In this document: piece by piece, positions 12,601-24,539 of the stretch | Position numbering within the stretch: the first letter of the stretch is position 1 | How the letters are laid out: every line of letters starts with the position of its first letter | Origin: Trichoplax sp. H2 | Taxonomy: Eukaryota | Length of the DNA: 64,000 bases | Direction: 5' to 3' | Assembly: GCA_003344405.1 (NCBI GenBank) | Contig: NOWV01000199.1 | Span: 1 to 64,000 of the forward strand | The notes under the pieces: model-generated | Databases searched by the model: none | What the model was told of the DNA's origin: nothing | The model's input: the letters and a program-made list of their open reading frames with translations, nothing else | Made by a program: the position numbers and the translations under genes

Positions 12601-14818
12601 GTCTGTGATTTAATTATTTACGAATTTAAGTCCTATGTATAGTTATTATTAGCATGTGAAATAGCCTTTGCTAAAAGCATAAAAGTAATTCACATCGAAA
12701 TAGGTAATCATTTGACTCTTATTACTGTACTTTTAAATACTAACATTCAGCCAAGGATCTGATTCGGGTTTATTTAATGGTCAAGATAGGACTACAGAAG
12801 AGGTAAGAACTATATTATCTTTGTATGAAGTTTTTGATAAAATAAACTACTTTTAGTCAAGACAAAAATTGATAATGATTGTATAACGAAATCACTTTTA
12901 TTAATGGCATCCATGTTTCTTGAATGAAACTACTGTTTGGTAATCGAAATGATGGCAGCTGTTATGGTCACGATTGACAGTAATGATTGATGAATATTTT
13001 TATTTTAGATTCATTACAAGTTGACCAAGTTAATTTCCAATCGCTACCAAGAAATTGAAAATGTAATCAAAATAATATTAAGTAGCACTACTGAATTACT
13101 TAGAAACAACTTTAACACTTGTCTTGATCATGCAGATAGTTTGCGTGATTATAATCTCAGTACTGTAGTCTGTTATTTTTTATACAGTCTATTTGATATT
13201 TTAGGCTAATTATAAAATTAATTATTGATAGGCCTTTTATTATTTGGATCAGTGGAATACTAAAAGACTAACGCAATCGATGCTCCAGCAACTGTTACAA
13301 AAGTAAATACAATAATAGATTGATATATAATGTGTTTTAAACACGGCGATTTTGTATTCTATTTTCGGTTCTATATGTACTGAAATCATATGCATTCTTT
13401 TAGGTTTGAAATGATTTTGAATGATTCAGAAATAAGGCAGTTATGGTCAACTATTCTTACTAATTCCGATCGTACGGTAGACTTTTATCATTTCATACGC
13501 CATTTTGGATTCTGTCCAAAGAATGCAGGTAAACTAAAACCTTTCCACGAGTAAGACAATTACATTTGTAGAGCTAGTCTCAACATTCAGATAATCCTAT
13601 TTTACCACGTCATTGTTAATACATAAAATAATCAAGCTATCTATAATCGTTCAGCCTTTGCTAACGCTAAAAGAAATCCTCCTAGACGTGGCGATTTTGA
13701 TATGGTATTCTCATCGAAAAAACTGCATACCGACTCGGGAATCCTAATCGATAAGCTGAAAACGACGGTAATACTTTGCTTACTGTCATGATCAACGTAA
13801 TACAAGAATTAATTATATCTATATTTAACTCAGTGTTTTATACATTTGGTTGTGTTGTACTTTAGATTAATCAGTGCTGGAAAGACTTAGAGCAGCGTTT
13901 TAAAAATATGGATCATAGCCAAACAGGCACAATTAGTTGTTTACAGTTTAAACAAATGATTCATAGCTTATGTCCAGAACTTAACGCCGATGAAATTGAT
14001 GAAATAAGTCAAAAATTTTTAATTAAGTTAAATCGATCGACGGAAGAGAGGTAATCTTATAGCTATGCCATGACAATGGAGTGACATTATTTAATATAAT
14101 TACGATGTGTACGAGAAATCTACTAGAAACTTAGCGAATAAATTTTATTAGGCATGATTGATACATGAGCTAACTGCTAATAACGCGTGTTTGATACATC
14201 TATGTATTAGGATATCCTATCTTCGATTTCTAAAACCCTTTACTCAAAGTCGCCATGTCCATCAGTTCAGCCACGAGATGAGATGGATTTTATCGCATCA
14301 AGATGCTCATTATCCAACAGAATTACCAATTCGTGACTTTGAAGAAATATGCCAATACATCAGGACAAAAGTAAATTTCTAATTTTCTGCCATTATTCTG
14401 CATGGATGTGCCTAATGTATATTGCATGCATGGCTGGAAAATAATTATTACTATTGTAATATTTAGACATTCTAAAAAGTAGTCAAAAATATAATCATAC
14501 ATCGCATCATATGAGTAATTACATACGTGTGTTAGAGGATAGTGCATGATAAAATATATAATATTGTACTCTATCTTTCCCAACTAGACAAATGGAGACT
14601 ATAAACCATTATATCGTACATTTATAAAGCAAGATCAATTCCATAAAAAGAAATTAAAGAGCTCGGAAGTTCAATCCATTTTAAATAAAGCAAACTTGGA
14701 TATTGATCGTTATGATATGAAACAAATTGCTTTAGAATTGAACAAAAATCCTGTAGAAGATATTCCTTACTATCATCTGTTGAGTAGAATTTATCCAAAA
14801 TTAGCGCCGCTGATATAA
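6691..14818 (+). CDS. Multi-EF-hand calcium-binding domain protein, EFCAB6-like
   Basis: Many GT-AG exons, including 6691-7132 (low-complexity N-terminus), ~7958-8020, ~8247-8343 (VRKLFKTSNPFGHGNVN), ~8577-8721 (FVSFDDYHAFF), ~9782-9922, ~10566-10681 (YDTNNTGAVRQDKFLAVF), ~11798-11972 (LDKTNCKQLNQSQFRQAI...SGKIQYEEFIRRL), ~13232-13302 (AFYYLDQWNTKRLT), ~13866-14051 (FKNMDHSQTGTISCLQF), 14211-14370 and 14588-14818 (stop TAA). Repeated degenerate EF-hand pairs. Orthology is not established and some small exons are uncertain. Confidence 0.75.
12095..12520. repeat. Diverged two-copy intronic duplication (~210 bp unit)
   Basis: aatacat(c/t)agtaaatatatcgaaa ... aaagtagtaaaatt ... ttttatcataaacctt occurs at ~12128-12298 and again at ~12335-12517. 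Confidence 0.85.
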
Positions 14819-16379
14819 AGATGTACTCATGCAATACTTTTACAATTTGCTATTTCTAATTTGGTTATGTATTCCTTTTGATTCAAATTAATGAACTTAC
14901 CCGAAATATGTTAATGATCACTGCTTTATTGACTATGTGCTGATATCGTCAAAGTTAAAGAGCTTACATGGAAGATAAGATGAGGTTTATGACGATATTT
15001 TTTTGCATCGCTATTAGTGCAAAGATTCTGTGTAGATCCATTTTTTGTTTCGCTTACACTGCTATGTGTTATACTTTATTTTTGTAATTGTTTTAATAGC
15101 TTTTTTACGTTGATGTCATTGGATTATTTTTTATTATTGCAGCTTATGCTATAGCATATATTTGATTCTCTGCCTTATTTGCATCATCTGTTGTTTATAC
15201 AGTATGTGCCGGTATGCTTTCTGCATATATAGCAACAAACTGTAAAATATTTCAAAGAGATATCATTACTATTTAATTATTAGCCGAATATCGCAATCAG
15301 TTTTTTTTTATTCTGTCCTATGTTGGAGTTCGATTAATACTCGTCCATTGCAGTTGTTAATATATTGGTGATTCATGATTCGCTGTTAATTGCTAATGTA
15401 GAATACAATTCCATCCAGCTGTGATATTTTACGCATATCTCCAACTTTTAACTTTTGTATACTCTTGCCTCTAACTCGTGTCAATGCTTTATGGTTAACA
15501 TTAATCTTAATTTTATCCGGCGTATTACTAAATCTTTAATTTAATTTTATTGGTCATTATTATAAATTATTATCAAATAAGAGCATTTCAACAGAATTAA
15601 TTGGACGCCTTGCAGCTATTTTATATACCAAACGATAGATGGGATATCATTTAAAACACCTAGCCAATTCTATAGCTATCTTACTCTCGTAAATTCTCTT
15701 TATATTTTATTGATACATCAAGACGTTAGCGGGATTTATTCACTCCCATCGGAAGTTGCATTGAACGTTATTGTAATAATATGTGCTCGTAGTGGATATT
15801 AAGATATTCCATCCAATGTAACTGTAATGGAATCGTATTGATGCTGCTTTAATTTATTATTATTATTATTTTCTATAACGCATATACGGTATTAACTTCT
15901 CTTTATACACACATGAACGAACGATGGGAAATCAGCTACTTTAGCTATTTTCTGATTATTAAATTATTTATTCTCTCTCTATTGGACTCACTAATTCTAA
16001 GCAGTCGATAAATCGAATCTATCTGTACTGTACATAAGGTAATTTCTGATGTCTCTAGTCATTTAAGGCAATGTGAGAGGATAGGATATTTTCTAGAAAT
16101 TAAAGCAGCGAATCGTTTTTGTAAAATAGTCATTTTTCTGTCTTAAGCGGGAAAGTAGATTGCACTGCTGCAATGAGGGATAATTGACTCTTTAAACTCT
16201 ATTAGATTAGGACAGAACAAATTGTAGACCCAATTTAATAATGAATTAATGTAGTCTTTTAGATCATGCATTCTTCCTATACAGTGTAAAATACTAATTC
16301 GAACGATATGACTTTCATCTTTAAGATGTGCATTACATAGATTTTAAGTCGTATGAAAATAAATAGAATTCATAAATGG

Positions 16380-16756
16380 CTCCTATAGCGAAAAAATGAT
16401 GGTGGCTCGAACAACAACCTTTGTTGTCAAATTCCCCATTGAGAAGAATGTAGGATTGTACTAGGCATGATAGCCATTATATTATTTGGACGCAGTTGCT
16501 TTTCCACATTTATCCGCTATCGTCCACTATTCATTCTCTTTCACTGCCTACGATGATATCTACAAATAGGATGGATTTGCAAGATTGGAACATTAATTCG
16601 GCGATTGTCCAAATTCAGGGAATAAACGACACATGACGGTTTTCTCTTATTGCAGTAGTCTCTTTTGATGATGGCCGCTGTGTACCGTGCATTATGTTTT
16701 TTTTTTGGCCTACGGTTTGGAGAGGTCAAGCTTGTGAGATAGTATGCATTAACCAT
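16380..16756 (-). pseudogene. Possible decayed Merlin/ISXO2 (IS1595-like) DDE transposase fragment
   Basis: One reading frame with internal stops: ...DYCNKRKPSCVVYSLNLDNRRINVPILQIHPICRYHRRQ*...IMPSTILHSSQWGI*. The order of these segments resembles the Merlin motifs DWxNxxRxxC, VQIDES..KYHRGR and I.PGT.I.SD.W. The catalytic acidic residues are not retained. Judged by eye only. Confidence 0.3.
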
Positions 16757-17174
16757 AATTTATTAATCGCGTTGGTAAGACCGACTGTGGTTAGTGTTTT
16801 TAAAGTAGAATTAAAATTAAATAAATTAATTTAAAGATCAAGAGTCTCCCTCTACCGAATTGAATTAGTAGTCCCAGCTGAAAAGAGAAGGACGACGTTA
16901 CCTACACCCATAGACTCTTAATAATAGTCTACAGTGTAGCGAAAAAAAGGCCTTAAGGTACAGTACTGTCGTCCATAAAGTGCCATACTGTGGACGTAGA
17001 AAGTACCCCATTTCTCCAATCAGAAATTCAGGGAAATTTCCTCCAATGTCCATGTTTTGGATAGTACGGACAGCAAATGTTGACAGTTCCTGTCCGTATG
17101 ATTAAAAACATTGACATTGGAGGAGATTCCTCCATAATGGACTATCTTCTACCAGTCCAAGAAGACTCTTTCAA

Positions 17175-18320
17175 TGGACTGCGGCATAGAGAGCTCGATG
17201 GCGCTTGTCCGTCCTGTACGCCGTCCTAGTGATGGACTTGTGGACACAATGCCACAGCAGGGACTATCATCCAGTAGGGCCAATAAGAACGAGGAGAGGT
17301 CACTATCATCTGTATGAAATAGCACACAGCCAATAAGGGATTCTAGGCAACTAGCGTTGGTAACCAGTTTCTTGATATGCAACATCCACAGTATGGCACT
17401 TTTAATGGACGAAATAGCACACAGCTAGTAAAGGATTATAGGCAACTAGCGTTGGTAACAAGTCTCCCGATATGCTACATCCACAATATGGCACTTTTAA
17501 TGGACGACAGTACTGTGCCTTAAGGACTTTTTTTTGCTACACTGTCGACTATTAATCGTCTATTATTAATTTAATTTTACTGCGGCATAGAGAGCTCATT
17601 GGCGCTTGTCCGTCCTGTACGCCATCCTAGTGATGGACTTGTGGACACAATGCCACAGCATCTGTATGAAATAGTACACAGCCACTAGGGGATTATAGGC
17701 AACTAGCGTTGGTAACAAGTCTCTCGATATCCTACATCCATAGTATGTCACTTTTAATGGACGACAGTACTTTACCTTAAGGACTTTTTTTTGCTACACT
17801 GTCGATTATTATTATTAATTAATTAATTTTAATTTTACTGCGGCATAGAGTGCTCGATGGCGCTTGTCCGTCCCGTACGCCGTCCTAGTGATGGACTTGT
17901 GGACACAATGCCACAGCATCTGTATGAAATAGCACACAGCCACTAGGAGATTATAGACAACTAGCGTTGGTAACAAGTCTCTCGATATGCTACATCCACA
18001 GTATGGCAATTTTAATGGACGACAGCACTGTACCTTAAGGACTATTTTTTTGCTACACTGTAGATTATTATTAATTAATTTTAATTTTACTACGGCAGAG
18101 AGAGCTCGATGGCGCTTGTCCGTCCCTTACGCCGTCCTAGTGATGGACTTGTGGACACAATGTCACAGCAGGGACTCATCATACAGTACAGTACAGTACA
18201 GTAGGGCCAATAAGAACGAGGAGAGGTCACTATCATCTGTATGACATAGCACACAGAGAGTAGGGGATTATAGGCAACTAGCGTTGGTAACATGTCTCTC
18301 GATATGCTACAGTATGCCAA
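17175..18320. repeat. Tandem array of 4 units (~255 bp core; first unit ~400 bp) upstream of MCU
   Basis: Marker gcgcttgtccgtcc at ~17201, 17602, 17860 and 18113. Marker caactagcgttggtaac occurs five times, showing a nested ~95-bp sub-duplication in unit 1. Confidence 0.95.
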
Positions 18321-18625
18321 GGCGCATGGTCTTGTCATACAGTACAGTACAAGGAGAGTACGCACGGTTGATGACTAGCGTGACGTGCGCAATGATGTTG
18401 ACTCACTCGACTGTTTGTCAACTGCTTTGGTAGGTTGAAGCGACTGCTCGACGACGCCTCTTGCTACACAGCGCGAATAGTAGTCCATTGACTCAAATCT
18501 GCAAGCCATTTCAGGCAAAGAGAGGAAAAGCCAGTGGATAACATTGGGCTAAGAAAACTTGGCAAATCGAAGTTGATTGCTTAAATTGGCAACATTTTTC
18601 TGTGAATTTCTTCCCCATTTCAAAG

Positions 18626-21600
18626 ATGAATCGTTTACCAATCTATTCCAAGACTATTTTCAAGGTAATTTCACCTGATTTATATCCAGTGACGAGTAGA
18701 AAGGCCAATAGTAATTGTGAAATACTACGCTATCAGACGTTGTCATTGAAATGAGAGCTTGTGAATTGGGGTGGACGATCTATCGTTTCTTAGAAGATAG
18801 TTATGCTAGTTCAGTCTTATTCTGGCATTGGTAATGGCAATTTTATTGGAATTATCTTAATGGGAGGATATTGGCTTCTAGTGAATATTTTTTTTTCCTC
18901 ATCGTATCAGTAATATACTGTAGTAAGCAAAAATAACAAAACTTTTTCTTCTCCTCATCATGTCATCGAGGTTAGCCAGAAAAGAAAGAACTCTTGTTCT
19001 ACGTACTGCCAAGTATTTTCTTTTGAGTAAGCCTAATCAGCCATCCTTCATAGCATGTAATATAGGCACAGTAGATGATGGCTTTCTAATGGCATAGGTG
19101 ATAGGATAACTACTTTGAGAAGTACGCGTTAAGTTAGAGAAAATTGACCTTCAAATTGCTCTAGTCTATCTCGGCTACACTTTTGTGCTGGATAAGTTCA
19201 ACCCTTTTTACGATACAATGGCCTATGGTATACTGTTAGACGGTGTTGAAATAATGATTTGCCTTTCTACTCTATCGTGATAGAATCATTACTTTCTTTA
19301 GCCAATCTTTGAATCGACAATAATTTCAAGCCTTGTTGGCTTCCATCAACAGTCTTTAGACTATCGTTAATTCGAATGGAGTTATCGCCTAGGGTAAAAT
19401 GCTATCGACTGTACTGTACAAATATACGATCGTGTTTGCACTGGACCATGGCAACACCCTGCTTACTAAAATTGAGCTATTTCCAGCAAATCACTTCATT
19501 ATCAGTACTTCTGATTGATCAAATCCGAAAGAGAGTAATTTTTCAGTCGCATAGTACTTAGTGCACTTTAGAGTTCCATAGAGTAAATTGAATTGAGCGT
19601 ACAGTATATTAGTAATTCGATAGCGTAAAATAAGTTGCGTAAGTAAGTGCGGTGTAAATTAACGTTCATAATGCTATATCAGCAACTCACATAGGCTACA
19701 GTATTTGTAAATTAAGGATAAAATAGGAACACCTTGAGGATATGAAAAAAGGAACCAATTTGTCACTCTCTTTTGTGCTGTAACTATAAACTCATAAGAA
19801 AATCAACATGATGCTACATCATCGGATAATGTAGGCATTTCTTAGTGCAATACTTATTTTAAATTTAGTCACAAAGGCAGAATTGGATAGCGTTGCTGAA
19901 GTTTACATAACGTTTTCATTTTGCCTTGCAGCTTGAAAAATTCCAAGTAACAATATGAGAAAGTTACTCTTGATGATAGGGGTATTTCTGTTTATGAAAA
20001 ATGATTGTACTTAAGCATATAGCAACTGCTATAATACGTTCTTAAGGATATTTAAAGAAATTGTGGTCAGACGTGAAAATATTCCAAAGCTATCTATTTT
20101 AATGTTTTTATATAGTGCCAAGTTTATACCATTGGATATTTTAATCAGGGCTAAAATCTTTGTTACAGAAGCTTCCGGGCCATTTTTCGGATACCTATTA
20201 TCATTAGTCGTTACACTATAAAGTACACTTTTATACTTATCGTCGTTATTGTAATTTAATTTTCGCTACATTATATTTTATATATACGTTGTATGTCAGC
20301 TAGGTAATCGACTAAAGAACTATAGGGCTATTTATTATGTACCATGTTATTAGAATAACCGTAATCTCCAGTCTATCTTTATAATATTGTTTTCCGTAGA
20401 CACTCCATAAAACCGTTAGCGAGTTTAGATTTACAGAATTCCTATACCCCCTCTTCTTGATGTCTCATTATAATGGAAAATAGTTACTTGGTTACAAAAA
20501 AGATACTCGTTCGTAATATCGAAGAAAGTAAAATGGATTAAAAGCTCATTAAGTTTTATACATTGTTTATTTTGCTTTACTTTACCCCTTACTTTACTTT
20601 GTTCTTTCATAGCCACCTATGATAATGTAATCGGCCACTTTACTTAAATAGGAATAAAAGATGTCATAAACTGATCTTTTCAATATTATAGCGATTCGTT
20701 AGTACACTAGAAAGTTCAAATAAAATACACTAAAAATCGATATATTGAATTCAATACTAAGCGCAGTGCATAAGCTTCCTAATAAACCGTCACAGACCGA
20801 CTTGATTGATGTTCTGACATCGCTTCACTGCCAATTTAATCCCTGTTGTCAGAAGTTGCTCTAAACTGTGAACTGTAAGGTAGACTTAATATCAAATCAT
20901 ATTAATAGTATTATCTTATAATTGCACTATATTCCGCAGAATTTCCACGGGTTTCGCTAGTCTTCAAAATTACAAGATACTATACTTTGTATTCAGTAAT
21001 TCCCAATGCATCTTACATACAATAACATTTTGAACAAGTGATCTTCATTTCAAACATCGACGAGAAAAATAACAATAACTACATAACCTACTGGAATTGT
21101 GGGGTCTTTCAGACTTTTACCGTTACGGCCCTACTCAGAATCAAAGTGCAGACATTAGCTTGATATTGCGTTTGAACTTTTATAATTAATGCTTATGATT
21201 AATGATGATGAAAGTTCCATACATGGTAGCTATAACTAACTACTATGCAGGAGTAAGTTACTAATTTTAAGTAGGTTCTGCATCAACGTCACTAGTTGTC
21301 GATATTACTAACCGATTGATAGTAATCTAATATTTTGCCTATTCTCTATCAAATCATCCTAGAATTATCTTAGACTATCCGTTTCAATAAGGAAAGCTCA
21401 ATTTTGCAGCTCACCACCAACTGATAAAGGTAATACAAGTAAATTTGAAGAATTTTCCATCACGCATAATTCTAGATGTGCTGGATAATATGAGTAAATT
21501 TTAAAGAATTGTCAATTATAATCCTTGATGCACTAAAGTGTTTTTTGATTGGGGGTTTTTACTATTTTACTTCTTTATCAGATTAATTATATTTTTGTGG

Positions 21601-23626
21601 ATAAAGTAGCCTTAAACGAGTTAATGTATGCAAGAAATATAGTTATACTATTCATGATTAGGCAGGATTACATCGACTATAAGTAGATTATAAATGAATT
21701 CCGTGAAATTAATTGATATCATTTATTTTCCGACATGGCAGTTAAATTAGCAAAATAGATTAATTTTTATGAACTATATAGCAAAGTTAATTTTATCATT
21801 AATTATCTAAAAACGATTTTATATGTGTGTGCACATTAAAGTACATACTAGTATACCGTTCAGTCTGATATGTGAGCACATAAAATAAGGCACGCGAGTA
21901 ACTAGACATCTTCAGCGGACGTATTTATATACGCCCGGCTACACTAGTTAGTTATTGAATAAATAATGTCAAGAATTACTGTTTGTCGGTACTGTCATCT
22001 TATCGTATAATGTCCATTACACGTAGAGCTGATTGAATCTTTTACACTAACTTACTTACTTGCTACCAGAATGAGATTACTGTCCTATTGCGGATGATAT
22101 TGACGGAAAGAATTGTAGAACGTATCATGATTAACATTCTATGTTTTACAGTACAGTATCGTACAACATCGATATTCATGGATGTTAAGCAAAGATTGTA
22201 GCAACTATAACAATGTTGCAATTAATTTCTTTTTACTGACAAGGCCAATAAGCTACGTTTTAATACTGTAGCAACAGTAAATAGAAAAACAAGATCACTG
22301 TTTTTCTTCTTTATTCTAGTTACAATCCACTATCGGTTGGGATTGCCTTCAATAGAAGTTCCTTTACCTTCTCGACAAGAAGTTTGCAGCTTCACTGTCA
22401 GGCCTTTAATGCAAACTGTAGCGGATTTTTTGAATCACATTAAGCAAGAAGATGGTGGTATTGACTATTTAGCTATTTATGACAGCAGCAATACTAGAAT
22501 ATCAAAATCGACTCCTCTTGAGACATTGCTGAAAACAGATTTTACTTTGATGATTAATGAAAAAAAGTATTCTGCTAATGCAGCAATGGCGTGTAAGTTT
22601 TACTAGTTTGTAGCTTAAAAATGGTGTTGAAAATCATACGATAACTTTAAAGATGATTGCATTGGCATTACATCTGCTGTCTCTTCTCAGCGGTACAAAG
22701 CCCTACTGTTAATCTTAGATTTTTTGCTTTACTGTTGCATTTGGTATTTATTCATTCTATTATAAATTATTATCGGCGTTATTCACTTCCGATATGCTTG
22801 TAGTTTGATGTTTTATAATCTCTACATGACAGCTGACAATCTAGCGAATATTGAAGAGGAACAAGGAATGTCACGGCTGAAAACAATGGTTCACCAATTA
22901 TATACTGGGTTGAACGTTGATGAATATGAGGTTATAATAAAAATATTTTGTAATTTATCATAGAAGTATATGCAGTTGCAATAAAGAAAAACATAATTTT
23001 GTTTGGTTACATTGAAAAAATAATACCGTTAAATTGTTTCCGTTAAATATGTAAGATACGCCGAGAAAAAGAATTGCAACAGAAATTGAAGAAGTTACAA
23101 GAAGATATTATCCCTGTTCAAAGTAAACTGACAGAAATGACTGACAAAGCTGAAAGTCGATCAAGTCGGTTAATGTGGGGAGGATTAGCATTCATGTCGA
23201 TCCAGTTTGGTTTTCTTGCAAGGTTAACATGGTGGGAATACTCTTGGGATATTATCGAACCTGTGACCTATTTTGTTACCTATGGTACAGCGATAGTATT
23301 CTATAGCTATTACCTGATTACGCGCAAGGTATATATGCAACAATTGATATCCTTTTTTTAAAGCAACACTATCTAAATGTTGTATTTGAAATCTATAAAA
23401 AGTATGCTAGCAAAGTAATTATGCCACATTTTCAAAATTTTCTTAGGATAGCATAGAGGGCATCCACGACAGACATTTCCTAATAGGGTTGCATAAATAT
23501 GCAGGAAAGAATGGTATCGATTTAGCAAAGTATGATCAGTTAAAAAATGACATTGTACGAGTTGAAGCACAAATCAATTTGTTGAAAAACTCAAGAGCGG
23601 CATTATCACGACCCGAAGATCATTAA
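18626..23626 (+). CDS. MCU: Mitochondrial calcium uniporter pore subunit
   Basis: Exons 18626-18664 (MNRLPIYSKTIFK), 21363-21429 (NYLRLSVSIRKAQFCSSPPTDK), 22320-22592 (VTIHYRLGLPSIEVPLPSRQEVCSFTVRP), 22833-22930, 23056-23328 (WGGLAFMSIQFGFLARLTWWEYSWDIIEPVTYFVTY) and 23447-23626. The first two exons join in phase and read as a presequence but are less certain than the rest. Confidence 0.95.
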
Positions 23627-24539
23627 GCGTATCATACCCTACAGATTTTATGGAAGATTTTCCTGTTGTAATAGTTATTGCTTACTGTTCTACAGCGTGC
23701 AATATCGCTTTAGAAACAATTTTCCACTATAAGCATTTAGCCAATGGGTATATGATATTATAAAGGAATCTGAAAATTTCTTTGGAAACGCTTAATTATT
23801 ATTTTACATGAAGAATTTTTTACTTAAAGTTAATATTGGTTACATTAATGCAATTTAGCGATTTTGAGATAGAAACTCTTGTTGTAAATGGTAATTAGAT
23901 AGAATCAAATATGAAGCGTAAAAGAGACCGAGTTATTAAAGCTGGCTGCAGTTACTGTCGTTCTGCATGCTTTTAGAAGTAGGGAGTAACGATAATTTTA
24001 AATCTATTTTCGTGTGTCAATTATCTAAGTATTGGTAGCGGGTTATTATATATCGGAAATATATTAAAATTTGTTTTGATCATATAGTTATTATGATAAG
24101 GTAAGGCTGAAAGCTTGTTTCCACAAGCCATTATGATGTTATACTTTATGAATGTATCACTCCCTACTGTATATTTTTTTAATGTGTATAATTAATAGGT
24201 CGATTTTATTAAGATGTACTATACCGTATTTAAACATATTGTATGACTGTATGAACGTGACTGAAATATGTCGTTCAGTAATTGTAGTAATGTAGTCAGT
24301 TTTAAAGCATAATCTTGCCCGCTTTTACTGTGCTTTATGCAGGAAATTTATATCTCATATACATTATCAATTTAAAATACTATGGAAAGATTATCATGTT
24401 ATAATGATGCGATTACAATTGTCGCGATGATTATTTGTCTTGTGGTTAAGAATAAAAGTATTACTAGCGATAAATGAGATTTTGCATTGTTTATTCAATT
24501 TCTTTTAAATTTAGAAGTTTGCACGATATAAGCAAGGAT

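Noticed and set aside
6691..14818. EF-hand gene next to MCU as MICU1 (known MCU-MICU1 neighbours)
   Set aside because: It is on the same strand rather than head-to-head, has no presequence and has many more EF-hand-like repeats than MICU1.
17149..18365. Several ORFs with shared peptides
   Set aside because: Translations of the tandem array, with frames not preserved between units.
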